From assembly GCA_965552135.1 (NCBI GenBank), contig CBEVQY010000006.1:8713-72712 (forward strand): a stretch of 64,000 nt of DNA, given 5' to 3'. The position numbers and the translations under genes were made by a program. Origin of the DNA: an uncultured bacterium. Its GTDB lineage: Bacteria; UBP14; UBA6098; B30-G16. How positions within the stretch are numbered: position 1 is the first letter of the stretch; each line of letters begins with the position of its first letter. Below are positions 1-9,975 of this stretch, piece by piece. The notes below the pieces were generated by a model that saw nothing but the letters and a program-made list of their open reading frames with translations, did no database searches and was not told the origin of the DNA.

Positions 1-90
1 CGTCGAACGCCCGCGCGATGACGTCGTCCCTATCGGAATCGAACTGTTCGAAGTCGAGGTGTGCGTGGCTGTCGCACAGAAGCGGCTTCG

Positions 91-981
91 TCATCGGAGT
101 CGACCTCCGCGCTTTACCACAACGACCCTCGGCGCGCCGGAGAGGTCGTCGATCACCCTCCAGCGCCAGCCCCTTCCCTCAAGCAGCGCCTCGACTCTGT
201 CGAGCACGTCGGGCGAGATCTCGAACGCGGCGATGACCGGCGATAGTCGCTCGATCTCGTCCACGAGCCTGCGGATGAGCAGGACGCCGTCGTCTCCGCC
301 GTCGATGGCTTCGCGCGGCTCCCAGCGAACCTCGGGCGGAAGTCGCCCAAACTGCGACCTCGGAACATACGGCGGATTGGACACGACGAGGTCGGCTTTC
401 CCAAAGGCTTTTGCCATATCGCACGCGACGGCAAAAAACCTATCTCCAACGCCGTTTTCGCGTGCGTTTTCGCGCGCCAGAGCCAGCGCGCAAGTGGACG
501 TATCGGTCCCTGCGATGCGCCAGCTTCCGCGGTTGCTCAGCAGGGCGACGGCTATTGCGCCGCAGCCCGTGCCCACATCGATGCCAAAGAGCGGCTCGTC
601 GCCAAGCTCATCTAAAACCACGTCGACCAAGACCTCCGTCTCCGGGCGCGGAACGAAGACCCCCTCCCCAAGCTTCAGCGTCAAGCCGTAGAACTCCCAC
701 TCTCCGAGCAGGTACGCCAAAGGCTTTCGGCTTCGGCATCGTCTTTCGACGACCTCGGCGATCCTCTGCGCAAGCTCCCTCGGGAGCGTGGTCTGGGAAT
801 CTGCGGCGCATTGTGCCTCAAGGGCGCCGAGCGAGAGGTTCAGGAAGTGGGCGAGGATCAAGAGCGCCTCCCTGCGCGGCTGCGGGATGCCGGATTCGCC
901 AAGCCTCCCTGCGATGACGTCGACCAGCTCCCTCAGACGCCCTGCGCGTGGAGTTAGCCTGCTTTGGGTTTCATTCGACAT
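91..981 (-). CDS. prmC: Release factor glutamine N5-methyltransferase (PrmC/HemK)
   Basis: NPPY catalytic motif (VVSNPPYVP) and GxGxG SAM-binding motif (IDVGTGCGAIAV). The long ORF 91..1065 was trimmed to an internal ATG (MSNETQ..., verified at 979-981), which gives an 11-bp overlap with ftsY. Confidence 0.8.
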   Translation of the reverse strand: MSNETQSRLTPRAGRLRELVDVIAGRLGESGIPQPRREALLILAHFLNLSLGALEAQCAADSQTTLPRELAQRIAEVVERRCRSRKPLAYLLGEWEFYGLTLKLGEGVFVPRPETEVLVDVVLDELGDEPLFGIDVGTGCGAIAVALLSNRGSWRIAGTDTSTCALALARENARENGVGDRFFAVACDMAKAFGKADLVVSNPPYVPRSQFGRLPPEVRWEPREAIDGGDDGVLLIRRLVDEIERLSPVIAAFEISPDVLDRVEALLEGRGWRWRVIDDLSGAPRVVVVKRGGRLR

Positions 982-1888
982 CGGCGTCGACGGGGGAGAT
1001 GAGGGCGCGAACGTATTCCTCGGGGACGAAGTCCTCGATGTCCTCGATGCCTTCGCCCGTGCCAACGGCGCGGATCGGCAGCCCCAGCTTCTTCTTTATC
1101 GCCACAGCGATCCCGCCGCGCGCAGTGCTGTCGAGCTTGGTGAGAATGATCCCTGTAAGCGATATCGCCTGGTGGAAGACCTCGGCTTGCGTCAGCCCGT
1201 TTTGCCCTGTTGTGGCGTCGATGACAAGCAGCGAGTCGTGCGGTGCACCGTCCGCGGCTTTTCCCGCAACGCGGACTATCTTCCGAAGCTCCTCCATGAG
1301 GTTCTTCTTCGTGTGGAGTCTTCCCGCCGTGTCCGCGATGACGACGTCGTATCCGCGTGCTTTTGCCTTCTGTATTGCGTCGAACACGACGGCGGCGGGG
1401 TCTGCGCCCGGCTGCCCCGAGACGATGTCTGCTCCGGCGCGCTCCGCCCACGCCGCAAGCTGCTCGCCAGCCGCGGCACGGAAAGTGTCGGCAGCCGCAA
1501 CCAAAACGCGACTACCCGAAGACCTAAACCTGTGCGCAAGCTTGCCTATGGTGGTCGTCTTGCCCGTGCCGTTTACGCCGACTATGAGCATCACGTGGGG
1601 CTTGCCGAAAAGCCTTAGCGGTGAAGGCTCCCCGAGAAGGTCCAGGAGATGCTCCTCCAAAAACTTTATGGCGTCTGCGCCGCTTAAGTCGCCCCGCTTG
1701 AGGCGCTCCCTGAGCTCATCGATTATCTCCGTCGTCGCCTCAACGCCAACGTCGGCGCTTATCAAGATCTCCTCCAGAAGCTCGGTGTCCTCCTCGGTGA
1801 GCTTTTTGCCCGCGGGGAGGATCGATCGCAGTGCGCCTAGGAACTTGTCGCGCGTCTTCTGCAGCGAGTTGAAAAGCTTTTGCAGCAT
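971..1888 (-). CDS. ftsY: Signal recognition particle receptor FtsY (short form, NG domain only)
   Basis: SRP GTPase motifs: GVNGTGKTTTIGKLA (G1), DTAGRL (G3), TKLD (G4), and FtsY-type N and G domains. 305 aa. Confidence 0.9.
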   Translation of the reverse strand: MLQKLFNSLQKTRDKFLGALRSILPAGKKLTEEDTELLEEILISADVGVEATTEIIDELRERLKRGDLSGADAIKFLEEHLLDLLGEPSPLRLFGKPHVMLIVGVNGTGKTTTIGKLAHRFRSSGSRVLVAAADTFRAAAGEQLAAWAERAGADIVSGQPGADPAAVVFDAIQKAKARGYDVVIADTAGRLHTKKNLMEELRKIVRVAGKAADGAPHDSLLVIDATTGQNGLTQAEVFHQAISLTGIILTKLDSTARGGIAVAIKKKLGLPIRAVGTGEGIEDIEDFVPEEYVRALISPVDADVE

Positions 1889-1905
1889 CGCTGCGCTCCT
1901 TTGGT

Positions 1906-2934
1906 CTAAAACGTGTGCCTGTAGACGAGTATAACGCCGCCTGTGCCGCCTGCGGAGCGCGCGCCAACGTACAGATATCCGCCCCGGGCGATAAGATCAT
2001 TGGCGTAAACCAAAGTGTCGGCGAAAAAGAGCTCAGGACCCTCAGGCGTTGGGGAGTACACCCGAAGCTCGTAGTCGGGTCCTGTCGTCGGGCGCAGGAG
2101 CATATAGGCGAAGTCGGCTTGCGTGCTTACCGACTTTGCGGAGAATCCAGGCACGTTTTCGGAGAGCACCTCCGTGCCGAGCTCGTCGGTGCTGTAGGCG
2201 ACTATTCGGGCGTTGTTCGTCCCCGGCTCGACCCCGCCGGCGACGTAGACGACCCCGCCTGCGGTCACGTCCACGTCGAGGTTCTGACCGCCGGTGTTGC
2301 AGTAGTCGAGAAGCTGCGGGGCTTCGGGAGTCGAGACGTCGAACATATATAGCCATCCGTCGCTTGATGCTGCGTAGAGATACCCCTCGCGCGCGAAGCA
2401 GCAGGAGAACTTCTGCCCAAGCGACGCCACGACCTGCGGCTCGGCGGGGTTGGAGAAGTCTATCACGTCGCCGTCTGCGGAGGCGCCGTAGCCAACGAAG
2501 ACGTGGCTCCCGGAGACACAGATTCCCAGGGGCGAGCTTGGGAGGGTGATCTCGCCCAGCGTCTGCGGGGATGTAGGCACGCTTACGTCGAAGGCGACGA
2601 CCTTTCTGTACGGGTTGTCGACGGCGACGTAAAGGACGCCATTGTCGGCAGCGATGGACAGTATCTGCGCGGAGAAGCTCTGCGGGCAGTCGGACGTGTA
2701 CTGCGGTCGCGCTGGATCGGACAGCGAGAACAGGGCTACGGAATAGCTCGCGGAGGCGACAAGCACATCGCCGCTTACGACCAGCCGCGCGGGGATCGAC
2801 TCGGTCACAACCGAATCCACGAAGGAGAAGGTCGTATCCACAGGCGACGGTCCGCCGCCATCCTCGCTGCAGCTGCTTAAAGCCAAAACGTCGAAGAGAA
2901 GCAAAAGCGCAAAAAGCCTAAGCCATTTTCCCAT
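1906..2934 (-). CDS. LVIVD-repeat beta-propeller lipoprotein (hypothetical)
   Basis: Signal peptide with lipobox (LALSSC). Repeated units of the form Y-hydrophobic stretch followed by FDVS.P..PQ. Function unknown. Confidence 0.5.
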   Translation of the reverse strand: MGKWLRLFALLLLFDVLALSSCSEDGGGPSPVDTTFSFVDSVVTESIPARLVVSGDVLVASASYSVALFSLSDPARPQYTSDCPQSFSAQILSIAADNGVLYVAVDNPYRKVVAFDVSVPTSPQTLGEITLPSSPLGICVSGSHVFVGYGASADGDVIDFSNPAEPQVVASLGQKFSCCFAREGYLYAASSDGWLYMFDVSTPEAPQLLDYCNTGGQNLDVDVTAGGVVYVAGGVEPGTNNARIVAYSTDELGTEVLSENVPGFSAKSVSTQADFAYMLLRPTTGPDYELRVYSPTPEGPELFFADTLVYANDLIARGGYLYVGARSAGGTGGVILVYRHTF

Positions 2935-2946
2935 CGTACTCTCCTT

Positions 2947-3735
2947 TCAAAGGTCCCGTTCGGGGTAGCGCTTGTTCTTGACGTCGTCAACGTATTCTCG
3001 CGCCGCCTTTATTATCTTTTCCTTGAGGTCGGCGTACTTCTTGACGAAGGGCGGCGTAAACCTGTCGAACAGCCCGAGGATGTCGTTTACGACGAGTATC
3101 TGCCCGTCGCAGTGTGGTCCAGAGCCTATGCCTATCGTCGGTATCTCCAGAGCCTCTGTGATCCTTTTTGCCGTTTTGGGGTAGACCTTTTCGAGCACTA
3201 CGGCGAAGGCACCCGCCTCCTCAAGTGCTGCCGCATCTTCCAAAAGCGCCGCTGCGCTTTCGTCGTCCTTGCCTTGGGTTGTGTAGCCGCCCATTTTGTG
3301 GATCGACTGGGGCAGCATCCCGATGTGTCCGAGGACGGGTATGCCCGAGTCGACGATAGCCTTTACCGTTGGGGCGAACTTCCACCCGCCCTCGAGCTTG
3401 ACGGCGCTTGCGCCCGCCTGAAGCAAAAGACCCGCGTTGTAAACCGCCTCCGAAAGACCGCACTGGTAGCTTAAGAAAGGCATATCAGCCACGACAAGCG
3501 CCCTCTCAACCGCTCTGGCAACGGCCTCGGTGTGGCGGAGCATCGTATCCATGTCGACGCGGAGGGTGGTCGTATCGCCGTAGACGACCATCCCGATGGA
3601 GTCGCCTATGAGTATGAGGTCGACCCCCGCCTGGTCGAGGAACGCCGCGGTGAAGTAGTCGTAAGCCGTCAGCGCGGCTATGGGCTCGCCCTTGCGCTTC
3701 ATCTCGGCAAGCGTCTTTACGGTCACCTTGCCCAC
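2947..3735 (-). CDS. panB: 3-methyl-2-oxobutanoate hydroxymethyltransferase (ketopantoate hydroxymethyltransferase)
   Basis: N-terminus LTAYDY...LIGDSIGMVVYG and DMPFLSY are strongly PanB-like. Length 262 aa. Confidence 0.9.
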   Translation of the reverse strand: MGKVTVKTLAEMKRKGEPIAALTAYDYFTAAFLDQAGVDLILIGDSIGMVVYGDTTTLRVDMDTMLRHTEAVARAVERALVVADMPFLSYQCGLSEAVYNAGLLLQAGASAVKLEGGWKFAPTVKAIVDSGIPVLGHIGMLPQSIHKMGGYTTQGKDDESAAALLEDAAALEEAGAFAVVLEKVYPKTAKRITEALEIPTIGIGSGPHCDGQILVVNDILGLFDRFTPPFVKKYADLKEKIIKAAREYVDDVKNKRYPERDL

Positions 3736-3738
3736 AGC

Positions 3739-4737
3739 TTATTCCCTCACGGCGTCGAGCAGGTGGTCTATGATCTCATCCGGCGTTACGCCCTCAGCTT
3801 CGGCGTTGAACGACGTTATGATCCTGTGCCTGAGCACAGGGTGCGCAATGGCTTTGACGTCCTCGATTGCCGGCGTGAGCCTTCCGTGGAGGACGGCGCG
3901 TGTTTTCGCGCCGAGTATCAGGAACTGGCTCGCCCTCGGACCCGCCCCCCAGCGGACGTAGCGCTTCACAAAGTCGATCTCGCTTCGCTGCGGACGGCTT
4001 GCACCAACAAGCCTTACCGCATACTCCACAAGCCTGTCCGAAACCGGAACGCGCCTTACGAGCTTCTGCAGCGCTATTATGTCCTCGCCGCTTAGCGTGG
4101 GTTCTATCTCAGCCTCGGTTGCGCCGGTCGTCCTCTTTACTATCTCTATCTCCTCGCTTTGGGATGGGTAGTCGATGTTGACGTTGAACATAAATCTGTC
4201 AAGCTGCGCCTCGGGGAGCGGATAGGTCCCCTCCTGTTCGATGGGGTTTTGCGTTGCGAGGACGAAGAAGGGCTCGGGAAGCTTATACGTTTTGTCGCCG
4301 GCTGTGACCTCATGCTCCTGCATTGCCTGCAGAAGCGCCGCCTGCGTTTTGGGCGGCGTGCGGTTGATCTCGTCGGCAAGGATGATGTTGCCGAATATCG
4401 GACCCTTAACGAACCTGAAGAACCGCTCGCCCGTGGCGCGATCCTCCTGGAGGATTTCCGTCCCGGTTATGTCCGAGGGCATGAGGTCGGGGGTGAACTG
4501 AATTCTGGAGAACTCGAGGTCGAGAGCTTCGGCGAGAGTGCTCACCATAAGCGTTTTGGCAAGCCCGGGAACCCCGATAAGCAGCACGTGCCCGCCCGAA
4601 AGAAGCGCTATGAGAAGCTCCTCTATAACTTGCTCCTGACCTATGATCCGCCGCGCTATCTGCTCCTTTATCCTCTCTGCGGCTTCGCCCAAAAGCTCCG
4701 CCGCCTGCGCGTCGTCGCTGAACGCAAGCCTCCTCAT
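3739..4737 (-). CDS. MoxR-family AAA+ ATPase
   Basis: Walker [12 protein letters not shown], Walker B ILADEINR, and a MoxR-like C-terminal helical domain. Start trimmed to the internal ATG (MRRLAFSD...). No adjacent VWA/DUF58 partner. Confidence 0.85.
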   Translation of the reverse strand: MRRLAFSDDAQAAELLGEAAERIKEQIARRIIGQEQVIEELLIALLSGGHVLLIGVPGLAKTLMVSTLAEALDLEFSRIQFTPDLMPSDITGTEILQEDRATGERFFRFVKGPIFGNIILADEINRTPPKTQAALLQAMQEHEVTAGDKTYKLPEPFFVLATQNPIEQEGTYPLPEAQLDRFMFNVNIDYPSQSEEIEIVKRTTGATEAEIEPTLSGEDIIALQKLVRRVPVSDRLVEYAVRLVGASRPQRSEIDFVKRYVRWGAGPRASQFLILGAKTRAVLHGRLTPAIEDVKAIAHPVLRHRIITSFNAEAEGVTPDEIIDHLLDAVRE

Positions 4738-4820
4738 CGAATCCCTCCGGCTTAACCAAGCCAAAATAAACCCGCCACGTAGCTGTGTCAAACGATATGT
4801 GGTTATCCGGAAAGCTTTGC

Positions 4821-4849
4821 TTGTCACGCAGGGGGCAGAGGCATAAATT
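4821..4849 (+). promoter_or_regulatory. Putative promoter TTGTCA-N17-TAAATT upstream of ffh
   Basis: TTGTCA 4821-4826, 17-nt spacer, TAAATT 4844-4849. ffh ATG at 4878. Lies in the divergent moxR/ffh intergenic region. Confidence 0.3.
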
Positions 4850-4877
4850 GATATGAACGCAGGTTGGGGGCTTGGGT

Positions 4878-6197
4878 ATGTTCGAGCAGTTGACCGAAAG
4901 GCTTTCGGGCGCCTTTAGGTTCTTCACGAGCCGCGGCAAGCTTACCCCGCAGAACATCCGCGAGGGTTTGGCAGCTGTTCGCAGGGCGCTCCTTGAGGCG
5001 GACGTGAACTACAAGGTCGTCAGGGACTTCATTGCGCAGGTCGAGAGGGATGCGGTTGGCGAGCGCGTGCTCAAATCGATCGCGCCGGGGCAGCAGGTGA
5101 TAAAGATAGTTCACGACAGGCTCGTGGAGCTTTTGGGAGGACCTGCACCGCCGCGAATTCAGCTTCCAAAGGCGAACCCGACGATCATAATGCTTGTTGG
5201 TCTTCAGGGCAGCGGCAAGACCACACAGGCAGCCAAGCTTGCGTGCTGGCTTCGGGAGCGTGGCTGGAAGCCTGCTCTCGTCGCCCTCGATGTGTACAGA
5301 CCCGCCGCGGCGCAGCAGCTTGAGGTTTTGGGCAGACAGGCGGCGGTGCCAACGTTTCTGCCGCAGTTTATGGAGACCCCCCTCGCCACGGCGCAGCGCG
5401 CAGTGCAGGAAGCACAAAGGCAGGGCTTGGACCTGCTCATCCACGACACCGCGGGAAGGCTCCAGATAGACGACCAGATGATGCGCGAGCTCGAGATGCT
5501 TCAGCTTCAGCTTCGTCCGCACGCGGTCTTCCTCGTCGTCGACGCTATGACGGGTCAGACCGCCGTCGATGTGGGTCAGGAGTTTGCCCGGCGCGTTGGG
5601 ATCGACGGCTTCATCCTCACCAAGCTCGACGGCGACGCAAAAGGCGGCGCCGCGCTCTCGCTCAGAGCCGTCGTCGGAAAGCCCATCATCTTCGTGGGCG
5701 TGGGGGAGAAGCTCGACGCACTCGAGCCCTTCTACCCCGACAGAATGGCGAAAAGGATCCTCGGCATGGGCGATGTGGTCACCCTCGTCGAGAGGGCGCA
5801 GCGCGCGTTCGACCAGAAACAGGCGCAGAAGATGCGCAAAAAGCTTCTCTCCGCCGAGTTCACACTTGCGGATTTCCTCGAGCAGCTCAAACAGCTTCGC
5901 AAGATGGGTCCTCTGGACGAGCTTGTTAAGCTTATCCCGGGCGCGGGGAAGATGAAGCTTGAGTTCGACGAGAAGGAGCTTGTGCACATCGAGGCGATAA
6001 TAAACTCGATGACGCCCGAGGAACGCGAGCACCCCGAGATAATAGACGGCAGCCGCCGAAAGCGCATCGCACGCGGAAGCGGTACGTCGGTGCAGGAGGT
6101 CAACCGCCTCCTCAAGGAGTTCTTCGCGATGAAGCAGATGTTTAAAAAGCTCGGCAAGCGCAAAGGCGGCGTATTCGGGCTGCCGTTTGGGCTTTGA
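4878..6197 (+). CDS. ffh: Signal recognition particle protein Ffh
   Basis: N, G and M domains: [21 protein letters not shown], and a C-terminal M domain with a Met-rich segment. The track ORF begins at an alternative TTG; ATG at 4878 (MFEQL...). Confidence 0.92.
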   Translation: MFEQLTERLSGAFRFFTSRGKLTPQNIREGLAAVRRALLEADVNYKVVRDFIAQVERDAVGERVLKSIAPGQQVIKIVHDRLVELLGGPAPPRIQLPKANPTIIMLVGLQGSGKTTQAAKLACWLRERGWKPALVALDVYRPAAAQQLEVLGRQAAVPTFLPQFMETPLATAQRAVQEAQRQGLDLLIHDTAGRLQIDDQMMRELEMLQLQLRPHAVFLVVDAMTGQTAVDVGQEFARRVGIDGFILTKLDGDAKGGAALSLRAVVGKPIIFVGVGEKLDALEPFYPDRMAKRILGMGDVVTLVERAQRAFDQKQAQKMRKKLLSAEFTLADFLEQLKQLRKMGPLDELVKLIPGAGKMKLEFDEKELVHIEAIINSMTPEEREHPEIIDGSRRKRIARGSGTSVQEVNRLLKEFFAMKQMFKKLGKRKGGVFGLPFGL

Positions 6198-6199
6198 AG

Positions 6200-7072
6200 A
6201 TGCGAACCTATATCGACTGCATACCTTGCTTCTTCGGTCAGGCGCTCAGGGCTGCGCGGATGGCTGGGATGGCGGAGGAGGATATCTGGTCCCTCCTGCT
6301 CGACGTTGCCGCGGCTGTCCGTGACTTTGCTCCAACCGACCCGCCGCCGAAGTTCGGAAAATTCGTCTACGGGCTTGTTCGAAGGCGAAGCGGCGTCGAT
6401 GATCCCTTCGCCGAGGCAAAGCGCAGACACACAAAGCTTGCCCTCGCCGCACTGGATTTCGTCTACGAATTCATCTCCCACTCCGACGACAAACTCGACT
6501 CCGCCCTTCTTGTCTCCGCGGCGGGGAATGTGCTTGATTTCGGCGCGCACAAAGGGGTCGTCGACCTTGAGGAGACCCTTGAGCGCGTGCTTTCGACGGA
6601 ACAAGCTCTCTGGCAGCTCGACGCCCTGCGTGAAAGGCTGCGCAAGGCGCAGAAGGTGCTCGTTGTTGGCGACAACGCCGGCGAAGCCGTCTTCGACAGG
6701 GTTCTGCTCGAGGTGCTTGGGGAGCTTTTCCCCGCGGCGAGCCTGTTTTACGCTGTCCGCGGCGGCGCGGTCATAAACGACGCCACTCGAAAAGACGCCG
6801 AAGCCGCAGGAATCGACAAGGTGGCCAAGCTTGTCGACACAGGGTCCGATGCGCCAGGGATCCTTATGGATGAGGTGAGCGAGGATTTCGCGCGTATCTT
6901 CCGCTGCGCCGACGTCGTGATCGCGAAGGGACAGGGCAACTACGAAACCCTCGACGGCATAGGCAGGGAGGTATTCTTCGTTATGACGGTGAAGTGCGAG
7001 GTTGTCTCGGGGCACGTCGGCGTGCCGAAGGGGGAGGTCGTGCTTTTTAGGGGAGGGCTTTCGGAGCAATGA
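6200..7072 (+). CDS. DUF89 / ARMT1-like damage-control phosphatase family protein
   Basis: Motifs DNAGE(A)VFD and KGQGNYE are typical of DUF89 metal-dependent phosphatases. The track ORF starts at an alternative TTG, so ATG at 6200 was used. 4-bp ATGA overlap with nfi. Confidence 0.65.
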   Translation: MRTYIDCIPCFFGQALRAARMAGMAEEDIWSLLLDVAAAVRDFAPTDPPPKFGKFVYGLVRRRSGVDDPFAEAKRRHTKLALAALDFVYEFISHSDDKLDSALLVSAAGNVLDFGAHKGVVDLEETLERVLSTEQALWQLDALRERLRKAQKVLVVGDNAGEAVFDRVLLEVLGELFPAASLFYAVRGGAVINDATRKDAEAAGIDKVAKLVDTGSDAPGILMDEVSEDFARIFRCADVVIAKGQGNYETLDGIGREVFFVMTVKCEVVSGHVGVPKGEVVLFRGGLSEQ

Positions 7073-7764
7073 GGATAAAGCGCATCCATAGTTGGGAGGG
7101 TCTCACCATCCCCGAGGCGAAGGCGCTGCAGGAGCGCCTCTCGGAGCAGGTGATAGTTGACGGCGACCCCGGCGACGTGAGGCTCATCGCCTCGGGCGAC
7201 CTCGCGTTCTCGAAAGAAGGAACGGCGTTCGCCGCGGTTGTGCTTATGACGTACCCTGAGATGCGCGTCGTCGAGGTCCATACCGGCAGGGAGCGGGTGA
7301 GGTTTCCGTACGTACCCGGGTATCTCAGCTTTCGCGAGGCGCCTTTGCTGCTTTCGCTCTTCGAGCGGCTCAGCAGAACGCCTGATCTCGTGATGATAGA
7401 CGGTCAGGGCATAGCCCATCCGCGAGGGCTTGGGCTTGCGGCGCATGTGGGGTTGTTCCTCGGGCTGCCCACCATAGGCGTCGCGAAGAGCAGGCTCGTT
7501 GGCGACTACGATGAGCCCGGTCCCCACAAGGGCGATTGGTCGTGGCTTGTTTTTGGGGGAAGGAAGGTCGGTGTTGTGGTTCGCACGAAGGACGGCGTGC
7601 GCCCCGTGTTCGTAAGCCCAGGGAACCTCATCGGCTTCGAGGCGTGCCTCAGGTGGACATTGGCGACGGCGACAAGGTTCCGTCTGCCGGAGCCAACCCG
7701 CGCCGCGCACAACGCCGTGACGCAATTCAAGGGCGAAGCGACCCGCGGAGAGCTCCTGTTCTAA
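7069..7764 (+). CDS. nfi: Endonuclease V (deoxyinosine 3' endonuclease)
   Basis: YVPGYLSFRE, MIDGQGIAHPRGLG and TIGVAKS motifs of the Nfi family. 231 aa. Confidence 0.85.
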   Translation: MRIKRIHSWEGLTIPEAKALQERLSEQVIVDGDPGDVRLIASGDLAFSKEGTAFAAVVLMTYPEMRVVEVHTGRERVRFPYVPGYLSFREAPLLLSLFERLSRTPDLVMIDGQGIAHPRGLGLAAHVGLFLGLPTIGVAKSRLVGDYDEPGPHKGDWSWLVFGGRKVGVVVRTKDGVRPVFVSPGNLIGFEACLRWTLATATRFRLPEPTRAAHNAVTQFKGEATRGELLF

Positions 7765-7772
7765 CACCTAAC

Positions 7773-8978
7773 CTAACGCCGCTGCGAGAAGTATTCCTCG
7801 ACCTTCTTGCGAAGCTCGTCTGGTATCGTCTTCTCGAACGGCAGTATCCTTGCGTTCGCAACAACCTCCACAAGCGCGCACACCGCATCCGCGACCTTAA
7901 GGAGCGCCTCCTGTGCCACCCCGCTGGCGGCATCGAGCGCGGAGTGACCGACGGGGTTCGTTCCCGCTTTTGCAAATGAGACCGACGGAACGCCGTAGCG
8001 CGCAAAGGGCATACCGTCGCTGGAGTATATGTCCTGCTCGACCTCGACGGGATATCCGCGTCCCAGCATCTCGCCCCGGACGAGCTGCGCAAGCTGGTCG
8101 TCTCCCAGCACGCGAGCCTTCGTTGGCGCAAAGGGGTCGCCGCCCACGTCAACGTTGACGACAAGAGCGATCCTTGCAAGCTCATCGATGTGCGCCCTCA
8201 CGTACGCCTTGCTCCCCAAAAGCCCCATCTCCTCTGCGCCGAAGAGCGCGAAACGTATCGTTCTTCGCGGCTTTGCGCTGGCGAGCCTCGATGCGACCTC
8301 AAGGACGGTGGCGACGCCTGCGGCGTTATCCTGTGCGCCCGGCGATGAGGGCACGCTGTCGTAGTGCGCGCAGACGAGAACGACCTCATCCGTCTCGCCC
8401 GCAACGTCGGCGATGATGTTCTCGGACGCCGCCCAAAAGCGCCTCTGCCGCGAGTGGACCGTCACGCGCCTAACCCCATTGTTGACCAAAGCTACTGCGT
8501 CGCTGTAGGGTACGGTGATGATAGGGATCCTTTCGCCGAAGTCTCTCGCTGTGCCCTGCGACAGCGTCAATGCCACATCTGCTTTCTGGTCGGGAACGGC
8601 GATGACGCAGGCTGCGGCGCCGGCGTCGCACAAAAACTCCACCCACTCGTAGCGCGGGAGGTGGCTGAGGAAGGCGATCCTGCCGCGAACGGCGTCTTTT
8701 TCGGCGAGCTTGGGCTTTGGCGCATCGACTATTGCTATCTCCGCGGTGACGTCGCCATCCGCCGAAAGTCCAACCGGCAGCGCAGGCACCTGACCCCCAT
8801 CCGGCAGCTCGAGAAACGCCTCGCCGACGTCGAAGGCTATAAACTCGAACCCCTCCCGCCTTGGGTGCAGACCCATCTCCGAAAGCCACAGGGCTACGAG
8901 TTCTGCCGCACGCCTTTCGGCGTCGCTGCCGGCAGGACGCGGAAAGGAAAGCTCCAAAACCCAGCCAAGCGCATCCAT
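7773..8978 (-). CDS. M28 family zinc peptidase / aminopeptidase
   Basis: VCAHYDSVPSSPGAQDNAAGVA metal-binding motif with PA-like insert. 401 aa. Confidence 0.75.
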   Translation of the reverse strand: MDALGWVLELSFPRPAGSDAERRAAELVALWLSEMGLHPRREGFEFIAFDVGEAFLELPDGGQVPALPVGLSADGDVTAEIAIVDAPKPKLAEKDAVRGRIAFLSHLPRYEWVEFLCDAGAAACVIAVPDQKADVALTLSQGTARDFGERIPIITVPYSDAVALVNNGVRRVTVHSRQRRFWAASENIIADVAGETDEVVLVCAHYDSVPSSPGAQDNAAGVATVLEVASRLASAKPRRTIRFALFGAEEMGLLGSKAYVRAHIDELARIALVVNVDVGGDPFAPTKARVLGDDQLAQLVRGEMLGRGYPVEVEQDIYSSDGMPFARYGVPSVSFAKAGTNPVGHSALDAASGVAQEALLKVADAVCALVEVVANARILPFEKTIPDELRKKVEEYFSQRR

Positions 8979-9059
8979 AACGACCCCCCGAAAAGCTCTG
9001 GACGATCGAAGCGAGTCGATTTAACTTTGATAATGTAGTGAACACGCGGGAGAGGTGCT

Positions 9060-9869
9060 ATGAGGTTTTTCGCCCTTTGTGTGGTTTTCGCTTGGGTTTT
9101 CGCCTCCGCCTTTGGTTTGGGCTGCGCTTTGGACGAGTTTTCGCTTTTGGGCGTTGGCGCCGGGGCGTCGACGGCCTGGGGCGCAGCTTCAGCCTTCGCT
9201 AATCCAGCCGGCGCTGCAGAGGGCGACATGCTCGAGCTGAGGGCTTTGTACCACAGCTTTTGGGGGATATCGCAGTACGGCGCTTACTCCATCGCCGCCT
9301 CGTTCCGGACGAAGTACGTCTCCCTGGGTGCTTTCGCTCACTTCTTCGGCAACGCAGAGCTCTACAGTGAGCTTGGCGCCGGGGTGGTTGCAGCCTCCGA
9401 CATCTGGAGAGGGCTTGCCCTGGGCATCCGCCTTAGGTTCGAGCAGGTAGGTTTCCCCGAGCCTTACGGCAAAGCCTCCACCGTGCTTGCAGACGCGGGC
9501 TTGCGGAAGGCTTTGGGCGAAAAAGCTGCTGTCGGGCTCTTCTGGAACAACGTCGCCGACTTGGGGAAGCTTGTTGACTGCGAGCTTGAGGAGGCTGTGA
9601 CGTTTGGGGTCTCGCTTCGTCCTGCGGAGTGGGCTTATCTTTTTGCGGATGTCCAGTTCCGCAAGGGCGGACCTGGCGAACTGTATCTTGGGCAGATCGT
9701 TCGCCTCTCCGACTGGCTCGCGCTCTCCGGCGGCGTCGGCGGCAGACCCACAAAGCTGTATCTCGGGCTTCGCCTCGCCTGGAGGGGCGCTGCACTCGCC
9801 TGGGAGGGAACGCTACACCCCGAACTCGGAACATCGTACGGCGGCGCGCTTTCGTGGAGCCGAAGGTGA
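9060..9869 (+). CDS. PorP/SprF-like small outer-membrane beta-barrel protein (T9SS-associated, putative)
   Basis: Signal peptide, N-terminal NPA motif (AFANPAG), about 270 aa, amphipathic beta-strand pattern. Lies directly upstream of a T9SS type A cargo gene. Confidence 0.4.
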   Translation: MRFFALCVVFAWVFASAFGLGCALDEFSLLGVGAGASTAWGAASAFANPAGAAEGDMLELRALYHSFWGISQYGAYSIAASFRTKYVSLGAFAHFFGNAELYSELGAGVVAASDIWRGLALGIRLRFEQVGFPEPYGKASTVLADAGLRKALGEKAAVGLFWNNVADLGKLVDCELEEAVTFGVSLRPAEWAYLFADVQFRKGGPGELYLGQIVRLSDWLALSGGVGGRPTKLYLGLRLAWRGAALAWEGTLHPELGTSYGGALSWSRR

Positions 9870-9975
9870 TGCCAAAAGCTCCGCGAACTATGTGCCTGTG
9901 GAATGGCAAAATGTTTTGCCCAAAGCTTTGGGTGAGCGTAATTTTGTCTCGAAAGCGCGAAGAAGGGGGTGAGGC

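Noticed and set aside
948-1934. 328-aa + strand ORF over ftsY, and other ORFs at 59-917 over prmC
   Set aside because: Antisense to strongly recognisable FtsY and PrmC. Ser/Ala/Arg-rich translations typical of high-GC shadow ORFs.
4824-7069. Minus-strand ORFs 4824-6032 (402 aa) and 5732-7069 (445 aa)
   Set aside because: Antisense to Ffh and the DUF89 gene, whose motifs are unambiguous. Arg/Leu-rich composition of GC-rich antisense frames.
8364-9045. ORFs on both strands inside the M28 peptidase region
   Set aside because: The M28 metal-binding motif is in the minus-strand 7773-8978 frame. The others are shadow frames.
9060-9869. Alternative call of the NPA-motif OMPs (9060 and 14537) as FadL/OmpP1 long-chain fatty-acid transporters
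   Set aside because: FadL-family proteins are approximately 430 aa. These are 269-287 aa and sit next to T9SS cargo genes, so PorP/SprF-like is preferred. Uncertainty is retained in the confidence scores.
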